The translations under genes were made by a program, and so were the position numbers. Under the pieces are notes generated by a model, which saw only the letters and a list, made by a program, of their open reading frames with translations, was not told the origin of the DNA and did no database searches. DNA of 54,809 nt, counting the filler, from Perkinsus olseni (Eukaryota): assembly GCA_013115125.1 (NCBI GenBank). It is 2 parts of 2 records of this genome, joined end to end, with 100 filler letters (N's around TTAATTAATTAA, not from the genome) between each part and the next. Parts side by side here need not be neighbours in the genome. Positions count along the whole stretch, not along the records: positions 1 to 27,406 come from JABANN010000467.1; 1 more part is not named here. One strand, written 5' to 3'. This document shows positions 1 through 12,319 of this stretch, in pieces. Positions within the stretch are counted from its first letter, which is position 1. The number at the start of each line of letters is the position of its first letter.

Positions 1-978
1 ACCGGCAAAGCGCTCCCAGAGCGTCGTGCACGCTATGCTTGACCTTAGCGACTGTTATGGGAGTTTGCGTTCAATTCATGCGCTTGCGTGCCAAGGAGGA
101 CGTACACGACTGTGCTGTGGGCCACCCTGGCCTCTTCTTCTTCACTTCCAGTATCTCTCCTGGGAGTCCTCATAGCGAAGCCACCCTCACAAGTCGACGG
201 TGGACTGTCCACCAGTCATCTTGCAGTAGCTAGTCCCAAGTCACATTAAGGAGCACATCTTGTTGGAAGTGCCTATCATCGTGCAGGGCTCCTGCCGGCA
301 CGCGTGCACACTCACACCGACGGAAGTGAGCTTAGAGGCCTCAACGCGCGTTGCTAATCGCCATCAACTTCTCCAGCCACGAAGTCACGCAGGAGTCCAC
401 TCGCTCATCAAGCATTCGAGGAGGGCAGGCAGCAGCCTCATCATTGGCTCTCCCTATCTTTGAAGAGCCTCTGATAAAGTCCTCAGGCTAGCACCGTGTC
501 TAACCGGTAACTTAACGCCGTGAGACAATCAAGTAGAGTGCGGCTTATTGAGCGCTGCGCACTCCACACTGTTGGAGCGGCTCACCTGCAGTGTCCGTCG
601 AGGAGTAAGTTTAACCGAGGGGTAACTTTTTCCCGCGGGGACAAACGCACCTCGCCACCGGTGGCGCAGTTTGTCCCTCTCCCACGGGGCCGGACTAGTA
701 GCAGGTACCATACCGAACGCGGTACCGCAAGTGCGACATCAGAACTGTAGAAGTCTACCCTAGTGAGCCGTCGCCCATAGATCTCCACGCGCGCGACGTC
801 TCCTCAGCCGGTGAGGGCCCCGAGATAATAGATCCGTCAGAGCTGTGCGCGGCGATGTATATGCGTACACATGAAGGTGGTCGATTCCCGCGGGTTGGCT
901 ACTTTTGCTTAGAACAGCGCAGTTTCGCTGATTGAAACAAAGTTGGGTGCAATACCGCGTTTCCTGACTTCCAAGATA

Positions 979-1017
979 CTTCAGATTCTTCAGATTCATT
1001 CTTCAGATTCAGATTCA
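979..1017. repeat. Short degenerate tandem repeat of (CT)TCAGATT
   Basis: acttcagattcttcagattcattcttcagattcagattca read directly; lies just past the point where the HMG paralogue breaks off. Confidence 0.7.
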
Positions 1018-1203
1018 TATTAGTTTTTCAGAAAAGAAGTATCTAAACGCGATCACAGTGCGGAACGGAACAAAAACTCGCTAGACTCACGCGCTCAGTG
1101 ATCTTTTGATCTTCGGCTTGCCATCGTCCTTCTTGCTCTTCGACGCCTTCTTCACCTTCGTCGGCGTTGACTTCTTCGGAGAGGCCTTCTTGGCAGCAAC
1201 CAT
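1015..1203 (-). pseudogene. Truncated tandem paralogue of the neighbouring HMG-box gene (exon 1 1091-1203, intron 1043-1090, short exon 2 to stop at 1015); could encode a 46-aa Lys-rich peptide
   Basis: Translates MVAAKKASPKKSTPTKVKKASKSKKDDGKPKIKRSLSA|YFFSEKLI*. It matches exon 1 of the 1406-1819 gene (KKDDGKPKVKRALSA|YFIF) with the intron in the same position, then loses homology after YF. Confidence 0.7.
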
Positions 1204-1405
1204 CAGCGAAGCGCTACACCGAAGACTGTCAGAGGGCGCTCAAAAGCGAGCAGTGAACGCAACAGAAAAGACAATCAGTAACCGCCACTGAATTAGGGAC
1301 GTGAAGTGACAGGAACCACTAGGGGTTACTCCACTAGAGCTGCTACGTTATCATCTTTGGCAAGTTACGAAACTTAGCATGCAACACAGCGGCACTGGAA
1401 CGGTT

Positions 1406-1819
1406 TTATAAACCAGCGGCTGCCTTCTCGCGCTCATAACGCTGCTTGTCTTCATCAGCCAGCTTGGTATAAGGGGCCTTCTCCTCCTCGCTCATCTGAA
1501 GCGAGGACTGAGAAGCAGCCAAGGTCGAAGCATGCCCAACGTACAGCCTTCCACGCCTCGCCCGTCTTCTTAGCGATGTCACCGATATCTCGGCTCTGGA
1601 GACCATTCTCTTCCATGATCTTCTGACGATTCTTCTGCATGAATATGAAGTACCTGACGAGGGCAACACTCATAAAGAGCACAGCAAAAGACAACGCCAA
1701 ACTTACGCGCTCAAAGCACGCTTGACCTTCGGCTTCCCATCGTCCTTCTTAGCCTTAGTCGCCTTCCTGACCTTCACCGGCGAAACGTCCGTCTTAGTGG
1801 CTTTCTTAGCAGCTGCCAT
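1406..1819 (-). CDS. Single HMG-box protein (NHP6/HMGB-like) with basic N-terminal tail; exons 1707-1819, 1545-1653, 1406-1495
   Basis: Spliced product ...PKVKRALSAYFIFMQKNRQKI...IAKKTGEAWKAMSEEEKAPYTKLADEDKQRYEREKAA is a canonical HMG box; both introns are GT-AG and in frame. Confidence 0.93.
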
Positions 1820-2189
1820 TAGAAGCCTTATTGACCAAGTCACGCTGATTCAGCGGGTAGATCGTGGATGAACGACGTTTCCACCGCGGACGAAACGGGC
1901 CGTGAGAATCCGCCAAGATTTTCAAGATGATTCTTTCCTGCACTCTTGCTTTGCATGAAAGATGTATTGTGAATCGCGCGCGCCCTAAAATTGGTCGCGA
2001 GGAGCACTCAGCTCTGGTGGGCCACCAGTGGTGGCTAATGGGAGTGTTGATTAAACCATATCTAAAACCCAGCCCCCGTTCAGTAAAGTAATTTTGTAAC
2101 TTAGAATCGATTTTGGAACCGCATTTTATGCGTAAAAATCAGCTGCAAAATCGAATCTGAGCTTTAGTTTTACTTTATTTAATGGGCGA

Positions 2190-4119
2190 ATGGAAGCTTC
2201 AGTAAGGCCCGACATACCGGAGTTGCCGCTGACCGACTCAGCACGAAGCAGCGGCTCTGCTGGGCGGAAGTCTTCCGCTTCCCGCGGACGCCGAAGGAAG
2301 ATCACGCTCGACCAGGTCGAAGCAGAACTTTGCCAGTAAATTATACCCTCACCTCTGCTATGATGATGAGTCGTTCCTCAGACGCCTCATTGACAGCGGC
2401 GACAAGCTGACGAAAACTGACGAGCACTTGGCCAAGCTCCTTGCTCGGAAGCTCACCTTCCCTGAGGACAACTCCGTGGGGGTGGCTGACCGAAACGCAC
2501 ATGCGGGTGACGGCAAATTGGGTAACAACCAATCACGCATTGATCGTATTCTCGCAACATACTCACGGTCATCGTCAAAACGTATAATTCCGAGTCTGTC
2601 AACGGTCAACCTCGGATTCTTGCCCCTTCAAGAGAGCAACTACGTCAGTAAAGTGAATGCTCCCTGCTAGTGTGTTATCATCAGTGTTGGGGAACTGAAA
2701 TATGGCAGCTGTGGAAGGATTAACGGGACTGGTATTTGGATGATTGCGCGGTTAAGATACCGATTATAAACTGAAGGAAGCTGAAGGCCTGATCGCAATA
2801 CTGCAAGATGAGCTGACGGCAGCCAAGCGGGCCCAGACTGAAGTGGCCGAGGAAGCAAGGTGAAGAAGAGACGCGAGAACAAAGGCAGCTGAGATCTTTC
2901 CGAGCCTCAGGCACTGGCGCGAGGAAACGGAGAATCTTAAGTGCGCTTTGCGTGACATCCGCAGAGACAACGAGCGAGTGAGTATCTGCGGGTCTGGGCT
3001 GCCATGAGTTGACGGCTGCTGCGTCAGTTGACGGCCGAGCGAGATCACGCAATATGCCAACAATACGAAACGAGGAAGGTGCTGGAGGACCAGAGAAAGG
3101 CTGAGGATATAGGGTAGGGGCAATGACGCTATTATTACACCTCGCGCGTTGAGGAGCATATCTAGTGGTAGTAGTAGTACCCGGATTACTCCTACCGCTG
3201 CATGTACTGCTACGGTCGCCACTACAATTCTATGCCAATGCCTTGGTAATAGAATCAGGCATAATATCCTCCTGCTACTGAGGAGGATACACCCGCTTGA
3301 TGTATCCCACTACCCTCACTACTACTATCACTATCATTACCAGCTGTCCTCACCAACACTACAACTATCGCCACACCCGCTGTTGCACGGTTGCTACTAC
3401 CACAACTACCACTACTTTGCAGATACCGCGACTTGTTGACAACTCACGAGAGAACCTTAACAAATCACCAACAGGCGTGCATGGAGTTGGAAAGAACGAA
3501 AAGCGAAAACAGGTACGGCCAGGATCGCGCTGGTCGTTGATATCAACGCATGCCTCTCAGGCGTCTTATAGACGACTTGGTCAAGTGCAAAATGCAGCTC
3601 GCTTCCTTCAGAGAAAAGCGGGATAACGCCGGTAAACTCCCTCGCCCCACGATGGACCGCCGTAGAGTTCTCCGTTGCTCCTCAGACTTGAGCGAGGCTA
3701 CTGTCTCTGAAGACCCGGCAGGGGTCGAGTTGAGATCACGACGGTAAGTCCGACGGTCATGTCCATCGGCCACTCCCGATCTCAGGCACACAGCAGCTGA
3801 CAAGAAGCCACCATTGACCGCTCGCACCTGGGGAGCTGTTAAAAAGGTACTATCCGTTATTCGTTCTGTTTCGTCCCGCTGCTGCCTCGGACCGAGAAAT
3901 TGCAGGCGCTGGGTCAGTATAAACCCCCTGCTCATCGCACCCCTTCCCCGCCTCCTGCAGGCGTCTCGCGTTACCCTAGCGACCCTTTCCACAGCGACAA
4001 GATCTTCCGCGACGATTCTGGCGTCGACGATTGACTGTTCCTTTAAGGGATTTGATTGCTTCAATCACGGTCGAATGACCGCTCCTCCGCCGCCGGCGGC
4101 CATCCGTCGGGCTGCATGA
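2190..4119 (+). CDS. Multi-exon hypothetical protein with coiled-coil segments
   Basis: GT-AG-bounded coding blocks: MEASVRPDIPELP...ELCQ|RLIDSGDK..., YKLKEAEGLIAILQDELTAAKRAQTEVAEEAR, RLIDDLVKCKMQLASFREK, ...AAIRRAA*. Not every internal junction was resolved. Confidence 0.6.
3160..3420. repeat. Low-complexity (ACT/ACC/GTA)-rich tract inside an intron
   Basis: Runs such as actactactatcactatcattac and actaccacaactaccactact. Confidence 0.6.
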
Positions 4120-4626
4120 ACATGCCTTACCAGAATGTTGTTCATTCTTCGCTACTGGGTTGGGCTCAGTAATTACACTAATTCCCCTTACGATGATATT
4201 ATGGCGCTGGAAAGCGCCGGAAAACGCATCCAACTGCCAATAAGTTTTGCAGGTTCCCAGAGAATCGAAACTCATCGGAGGTGTCAGAAAAAGAAAGATT
4301 TCTTTCCTGTCGTGTGATGCTTAGCATCGTTAAGGTAGCGTCGCTATCGTAGCGATCTGTGTATTCGGCGAGCGAGGGGCGTGGTATCATCCACTCCCCT
4401 AGAATGTACTATGTCAGATGAGTCTGGCGATTGATGGTATGTCCTTGCGCTATCGTCTACCCGTCAGTTCCCCATGCAAGGCTTCTTCCGCCAACTCACT
4501 GCCAGGTTTGCCTTCTACCACTGGTGAAGACATACTGCATGACACACAACACTAGCACATCGTGAAACTCCTTGAGAGTCTTCAGAAATGCGCGATGACG
4601 CAGGAAAAAAATCTAGAAACAACTGA

Positions 4627-7600
4627 TCAATACCGAGCCCGCACCTTCCCCGGCGGGGGATGCTCCATCGCCCGCGCGTCCAAAAAATCTTCATTCAGCT
4701 CCTCCAGCGTTCGGCAGCCTAGCAGGCGCATGTTGGTGATGATATCCTCTCTCAAGAGGCTGGCCAGTCGGACCATACCCTCTTCACCGAAAGCGGCCAT
4801 GGCCGTCATGAACGGGCGACCGATGCCAACCGCGCTCGCCCCGAGGGCAATGCACTTCAAAATATCTGTTCCCCGTCGCACGCCACCGTCTACAAAAACT
4901 AAAAATTCCGGGTCGCTACGACCTCGCCAACCAGCCTGAGGAAGTGACAGTATGATGGTAAAGGAAGACGAGAGTATTATTTCACGCTAACAGTTGATGA
5001 TTTTACGGTATTGATATATCCTATTAATGCCTCAGGAAATGATTTGCGCATTATTATTTTCGACAAATTTGGACCATTTCAACCAGGCCTATCGCTAATT
5101 CAGATCATGACTGCTACTGCTGTCACAATGAGAGGTCAGCCGATAGCAGAGATTTTTCCAACCACCCCGTTCGAACGATTGCATTCGACATTTCCCATGC
5201 CCTTCGAGGATGCCGACCTCCTTCGACGTCGATGAGCGTCTATTACACGACTCTCTATCCGGGCAAACATGTCCACAATCACCGCACATCACCTTTCCGA
5301 GAGCTCGAGTGCACTCATACAGCATCTGCACGCCGCTCTTTACAGTATCCACCTGCCGAGCGCCGTGGTTCGATACCACAATTCCCCGGACACCTAGCCT
5401 ATGGCGTTCACGATAGGCCCGCACTGCATCGACAGCTGAGTAGACAACACTGCAATTGACGCTGATGTGATGAATCCGCTTACGGGAGTGAATGCCCTTC
5501 AAAAAAATATCAATTTTTCCACCGCGTGCTGCAGATTTTTCCCTGGCCATAGTCGAAATTCTCGGTATATTTTCCCAACACAGTGACTGTGAGATGAAGG
5601 AACTTATCGCCCGCGCGACACCGGCTGTCTCCTGCTTCGCTTCGCCTTGTACGGCTGCACTTTGCCGAACTTTCACCCGCATATCCCGTTCTCTCGTGCC
5701 CAATTCCGGAGCATCGACCGTGATAAAGAGGGCCGTGAAGCCGTAGTCTACGATTCTTGTAATCATGGACTCGACAACCTTCTCACTAGGGTTGACATAG
5801 AGTTGGTACCACTTAGCAAGGGACGGGTCACAGGCCGACATGATGTCCCTCAAGCCTGAGAGAGGCCCTGCATTGCATAGCGAAAGTGTGTCCTGAACCA
5901 CGGCGGAGCGAAGCACCGAAAATTATTACCGCAACTGGCCAGTGTTGGTACCATGTAGGGCATATCGATCCCAGCTCGCTTCATTTTACTGACACCTCTA
6001 GCTACGCATTTTTCACCTACCAAAGACAAGCCCATCATTACACGCCCTCCAGTGAGTCCTCTCACCATCTCGATCATACAACTTCGCCATGGCCACGGCC
6101 GTCATATAGAAAGGCACGTCGAAGTGGCGGCTCAGCACCGCTGTCGAGCAGTCCACCCTACTGACGTCCACCAGCACTCTTGGCACCATCGCGATCCTGG
6201 AAAGCATGCCTGACGAACATCACTCGGGCTCTGTTCATGTTCTCACCTAGCGAACGCGTCTTCGTTTTCTGCGTAAGAGAACTCGTCCCCGGCAGCCGAG
6301 TAGAGATAGGCCCAGCCTTCGGGTGACACTTTTTCTGAATGAGCGAGGCAATGATTTGTTCAACAAAGCAAGGAAAAAATGTCAGCCCCGCGGATCGAAC
6401 CCGCGCCCTCTCACTACTCTCAGCAACCGCCTTGAAGTCCATCGCGTTGAGCATCATGTCGATAGTAACTTCACTTATCCCTTCCGTCGAGGCCACAGTC
6501 GAGTTGCCGGCCGAGGAAGCTTTCGGAGTTTCTTCCTCATCGTCTACAGTGGACTGCGGCGCGGCCTCGCCAGCACCAACTTCTTCAAAATCACCAACGA
6601 TAACCGACTGAGGACAGAACCAAGCATGGCATGCTCCTTCGGGATGCGGAGGGTGGGACCGAGATTGTGAGAAATTCGGACGCTCGAGACGATGGAGTGG
6701 AAGAAGAATCCGCTAAACTCCATGGGAAAGCCCGACCGGCGGACCTCAGACGACTTCAGAGTCACACTCCTGATCCGCAGATCAAAAACAACATAGACAG
6801 AGACAGACAGGCCTCACGATGGCCAGACCAGAGTATCCGCGGCGGATGTGGGGTAATACCACGAGTAAGGTTCGCTCAGAGTTCACAATAGTCGTAGCGA
6901 GGTATTCACCCGGGGTGCTTTCACATTGCTGCCAGTCTCCACCACACAGGAAACTTTTCGCGCGCCACGAAATTGCTCTAATCTTGAGTCCCAGTTCTGG
7001 AAGAGGACTGCCGGCACGCCAATGTCCCCAGCAGCGACCGCCTCCGCCACCGACCGCCCCACACTCACAGCAGGTCTACATCCCCATATTCGAGCGACGA
7101 CGGAAAATCTCCGACTGAGAATAAGTTCTCCGCCCCACTACCTCTGGCAAGACTCTCTCGATCATGTCTTCAGAGTGGAACTTCTCAAACTCCTTGGTCG
7201 CATCCTTGCCAGAATGACGTAAGAGGATCGCAGAGCCGCCAGGATGCTCCGTGAGGAAGTCTGTAAGGTCGTAAACTTTACCTGAGACGCACTCATTCAA
7301 GGCCGTTATCACTACTGCCGCTGGGGTAGAATATTGTGGAGATAAAGCCAAGTCCATTTTCGTCAGACCTTAAAAATTATCCAGCCCGGTCGAAAACAAT
7401 GCGCCCGGTCTGTATTGATCGCGACGATTCCATCGGGGGACCCAGAATTTCGACTCCTTGTCGCCGACAACAGCACCTCCCCTCCACACGACAAAGCCCG
7501 AGTGGCCATCTCTGGATCAGGTAGAGGAGCGGTGGTCCTAATTCGCACGCCCTCGTAGGGTTGGACCTCATAGATCGCCGTTACACAGCCGAGCTAGCCT

Positions 7601-7997
7601 CAGGCACTTGCAGAGGCCCCTTCAAGAGGTCATAATCATACCGTAACACCACCTCCTCGTGATATAAGTTAGGACAAGAGAACTTGAGCTGTTCATTCTC
7701 CCGATTGGGCGTATCGGATGCCTAGGAGTTCGATCGAACGTAGAGGGGCTTCCTCGGAGTAGTTTTTGCGGCCTGGAGAGCCTGTATGGCAACTTCTGTG
7801 GACGAAGGCGCCACGGTTTGCCTCATAACGAACGACGGGCTAGAAGAGCGTTCGAGAAACCAAAAGTTTTATTACACGAGTGACGCCGCGAAAAGGGGAC
7901 CGACACATCGAAATACAGCACTACCCAGTATGGCCATCCAGCAGCTGTCCTTCCCTCGGTGCCCGCCCAGCTCTTGTGCCGTTACTACTCTTGTCAT
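4627..7997 (-). CDS. CYB2: Flavocytochrome b2 (cytochrome b5 heme domain + FMN-dependent L-2-hydroxy acid dehydrogenase); about 8 exons
   Basis: Exon 1 (7925-7997) MTRVVTAQELGGHRGKDSCWMAILG splices to KVYDLTDFLTEHPGG...GKDATKEFEKFH (b5 motif). Later exons give WAYLYSAAGDE, ITVDAPELGTRERD, LKGI, SNHGARQVD, VFVDGGVRRGTDILK and GIGRPF. Confidence 0.93.
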
Positions 7998-8407
7998 TCA
8001 GGCACAGGAAGCTTACCAAGCCTGAAGAGACCCTGTAGACGGGTGAGTCGGGATGTCGAGACGGACCCTCTGCCCACCCAGAACGATCTCCCCAGGACAA
8101 AATAAAGGGCACCCACTGAATAATTACCCCCAGGCACTTAACCAACTCAACAGCAGCCATACAGAAGCGCTGAGACAGCGTTGACTACCTTCTCGCTGCG
8201 AAGAGACTTCTGGGTAGGAGAAGGGGAGATTGTGGTAATGACAAGGACAATAACAATCCAGTACGAATCCAGTATGACAGTCCAACTTCCACCCGCACAA
8301 CCACACGATGATGATAGTGGCCGTGGTGATGATGGTGGTAATAGCAGTAGTAGTACGTTCAACGAAGGGGACTACGGAAGAACGATGGAGATAGCTCCAC
8401 CAGAGAT

Positions 8408-10201
8408 CTACTCAGTATGTCTCCTGATCATATCTTGACGACCCGGGCCCACGCCAATCCACGACACAGGGACGCCGGTCCACTCCTCGAGGGCCTCGAT
8501 GTACTTCTGGGCGGCCGCTGGCAGCCCCTCAAAGGACTTAACCTGAGAACCATTCAGTTAACCATCGGAAACTGACGTGAGTGATTGGCCGTACATTGCT
8601 GATGTCTTCAGTCCAACCCTCCATCTCCGTGTACACCGGCGTCACCTTCTCGAGCTCCTGAATGGTCGAGGGGTAGTAACCGTCTTCCAACTTCTTGCCG
8701 TCGATTTCGTAGGCGGTGCAGACCTGCGAAAATGAGGGGGTCGAGCGGAGCGAAGCGACTAATGGGGCGTACGAGAAGCTTCTTCATGCCGCTGAGTACA
8801 TCTAGCTTGGTCACATTAAAACTGGTAAATCCGTTGAGGAAGTTAGAGTACCTGTGAAGGCAGGAAAAATGGCATTCATGCATCGCTTCGCTCCGCCTGA
8901 GGTGACTTACTTTAATACGGGGATATCCAGCCAGCCGCATCTGCGGGGACGACCGGTAGTAGTACCGTACTCGTGACCTTGCTCACGAAGCTGAGTGCCA
9001 TACTCGTCGAACAGCTCAGTAGGGAAGGGTCCTCCACCGACACGAGTGGTGTATGCCTACCATCCAACAGGTCCCAGGTTCGATCCCCGCACCTTACACC
9101 CTACCTTTACGACACCAATAATACACTGAATAGCCTGAGGGGGAACTCCCAGGCCGGTGCAGACACCACCAATGGTCGTGTTAGAACTGGTCACATACGG
9201 ATAAGTACCAAAGTCGATATCCAGCATGGTAGCATTAGCAGCCTCCACCAGGATATTATAGTCCTCTAAAAATGACAAACATGAATCGCTTCGCTCCGCC
9301 CTTCCCCCCTCAACCTACCACGCTGTGACTTCTGAATGGCCTTATGCATCATCGTCACGCTGTCAACTATCTGGCTCTTCAGCACCTCCGCGTAGCCATG
9401 ATAACGCTTCACCTCAGACTCAATATCCAACTCAATATTGTACCTGCAGCAGGTCGATCAGTGGCATATCCAGAAAAAAAGATACCCCTACCTCAACTGG
9501 CACCACTCGAGGAGCTCACGAAGCTTGCGGTCGAAGGTGGGGAGGTCCATGAGGTCCCCAACTCTGAGACCATTACGGGTGGTCTTGTTGGCGTAGCACG
9601 GGCCAATGCCGCGCTTGGTAGTGCCGATGGCTGTGGAGTTCTTCTCAGCTTCCTGGATGCCATCAATCTGATAGAAAAACAGTAAAATCATTCCGTCCCA
9701 AGGGCCTCCCACTCACCATCTGGTGGGCGTCGAACAGCAGACTGGCCCTATTGGAAAGGTAGAGACGCTTGAGGGCCTCCGCATCATAGTCCTTCAACTG
9801 TTCGAGCTCCTTAAGGAGAGTCGGTACGTGGAGGACCTGACCATCACAGTGGAGATGAAATAAATCACCACCCCCTCATCCGACATACCACTCCATTCCC
9901 AACTAAGTTGTCGCACTTCTTGTTAACGATACCGCAAGGAAGAAGATGGAAGGCGAACTTATGATCGTCAACCACCAAAGTGTGACCTAACCAAATCTGT
10001 ATCCTGCAGGCTTCGACCTAAGATACCCTCCCTACCAGCATTAGCCCCTCCATTGAACCTAGCACACAGGTAAGCCCGCTGGGCCAGTATGTCCACCAGC
10101 TTGCCCTTGCCCTCATCGCCCCACTGCGTGCCAAGGATGACAGTGAAGCTCGAGTCCAACCCACACAGGGACTCGTTGGACGTCGACGGTAATGACGACA
10201 T
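8408..10201 (-). CDS. ADSS: Adenylosuccinate synthetase, multi-exon
   Basis: [67 protein letters not shown] and WIGVGPGR motifs across GT-AG introns. Confidence 0.97.
9286..9300 (-). repeat. Dispersed intronic motif GGCGGAGCGAAGCGA; type example of element B
   Basis: Core GCGGAGCGAAGC also at 5902, 8745, 8883, 11853, 12523 and 18407, all intronic. Confidence 0.85.
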
Positions 10202-10605
10202 TGTCAAAGCAGCGCTGCCCGAGAACCATTTCCACCTCCCAACAAAACTCGTTTGCCTGTTCCCTATTAGCTATATCAGATATACGACTTGCCCTCCTCG
10301 CCCGCGAGATCGGATTTTTCCACGAAAAAAGAGCCCGGGTGAAATTTCGAACTTTTCTTCAAAAATTTCATCATAAACTCCCCTCAGTCGATTTCCACCG
10401 AGACGACCGTCTGAGTGACGTGGCGCCCTAGCCCCCTCCCCTCAGCTGGTGGAAGAAGAGGGACATCATCACACAATGACCCCCACCGTTGAGAAATCCC
10501 AAGAACGCAAGATATCCAAGTTCTTAAACCAACGGTAGTGGCATCCCATCACCACCAATGTTTGACCTCCTGACGGTAATCGTCATACTCCGTCATCACA
10601 CAACC

Positions 10606-12154
10606 TCACTTAGCAGGGGACTCGTCCTTCGGTGTAGCGTCTTTGCCCGGCTCTCCCGCAGTCTCCGCCGTGGCCGCCGCCGCTGCAGCTCGCTGTTGGG
10701 CGGCAGCAGCCTTCCTAGTAGAAGCGTCCACGACTTTCTGATCCGCCTCAAAATGGTCGTTCATGTCAACTGTGAACATCTCGTCTCCGGGGTTGGCGAA
10801 CCCTTCGAAGCCGATGGTAAAGCGGTCGGCATCGTCGGGGGCGAGGGCCCTGTTGAAAGAAAAAGGAGACAGATTTTGTGCAATTCTACACCGTAACAGT
10901 GCCGCAGACTAAGAGTCGTACTAGCAAGCCAACTAAAGAAAGTCCGAGAGGCTAGCGTGATTTGCGGGAGGAGTGGTATGTGAGATTGCACGCATGCACA
11001 TCCCCCCGGTGTCGCTGTCCCCTTACTGCACAATGCGCTTGAATCTCAGTCCTAGGGGCTTCACAAGCTTCTCTTCTCGTGAGGACAACCACAGGGCGAT
11101 CTTAACTCCTCCTGAAGGACAAGCACGTAACGCAGGCAGGAGGAGGGAGGTCGCGGCGTCAACGACTACTGCTCTCGAAGATTCTTCCGCATACCACTAG
11201 CGGAGCACGGACGACGGTCGACGGCAGGAGTGATACGATTAGGGAAAGGGATGGTACGGCGGTCGCTACCGCCGACATTTGCGATGCTGTTCCCTACAGT
11301 ACTACAACAACACTAAACCCGAAATTTTCCCGCGCGCCCGAAAATTCTTCCCCAGTGCACCACTGGATTGCCTCCGCTCCTCCTCTCTATCCCTCCTACC
11401 TCTCCTAACGCTGCATACCACACCACAGACGATGTCTTCATTTATGAGGGGGTAGTAGGTCTCCCCGATAACCGACAGGACCACCTCCGTCCAGATATCA
11501 TCGATGATCTGCGGCACGGAAGAGGCGATCGGCCACCGACTGTTGCCAACGACGTTCACCTTCTGCTTCTCAGCCTTCACGATCCATCTGCCGCCCTCAG
11601 TGCACATGGGGTCCTCCCAGGCGGGGCTAACACCAGATCTGAGAAAAAGTGCAGGTACTGGGAATCGAACCCGGGACCTAATCCACCATACTTGAAGACG
11701 CTGTAGTCCGCGTGTACGAGCTTGCTGGGCTTGTGCATGTTATTGGAAATCCTCCAAAATTCTTCAATAGTCCCAAAGTCAATCGCCTTCTGCTGATTTT
11801 GCTGCCAGTGATCCTTAACCGACTGCGAGAGGAGAAAAAGTACACTCGTGAATCGCTTCGCTCCGCCGCCTCCCGATACTACCCTTCCTTGCTGTGACAT
11901 CACCCACAGGCTCCACTCATGCTGCAATTTATGATCTTCCTCACTGCTCGGAATTACCTCTGAATTCATAAAAAGCACTCCCCGGGAATCGAACCCACAA
12001 CCTTCCGCATACCTCCATTAGTCTTGGCGTTCTCCCCCGCCGCCACTGGCGCCTTTTCCTCCGACACTACGGTCTGTTCAACATTCTCATCCTTCCGCTT
12101 CTCCTCCTCTTCCGACGGATTCTGTTTCGTTATCGCTTCCACAGTCGACGACAT
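10606..12154 (-). CDS. eIF4E: Translation initiation factor eIF4E family protein
   Basis: HKLQHEWSLW, DFGTIEEFWR, DYSVFK|SGVSPAWEDPMCTEGGRW, WTEVVLSVIGE, ICGVVCSVR-like IVCGVVCSVRRG and KIALW; both cap-stacking Trp residues present. Confidence 0.95.
11960..12012 (-). other. Intron largely made of a tRNA 3'-half-like element (B-box + T-run); type example of element A
   Basis: GTATGCGGAAGGTTGTGGGTTCGATTCCCGGGGAGTGCTTTTT...CAG. Related copies at 6374-6417(-), 9065-9097(+), 11644-11691(-), 17480-17524(+) and 17733-17771(+). Confidence 0.75.
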
Positions 12155-12319
12155 AATTACTGAAAATTTATTTTTTGTGGCAGATTATTAAACAAGCGGA
12201 GAACTGCTCCTGAGAAAAATCAGAAAAACCCCTCCACCGAGACCTCCGCCACGGAAGTCAAGACTGGGACAACTACAAGTAGAAACGTTGTGGTGAGGTC
12301 ATCGACCAAGATACAATCA

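Noticed and set aside
1-960. Short ORFs at window start
   Set aside because: Stop-interrupted frames with no recognisable family; possibly decayed sequence.
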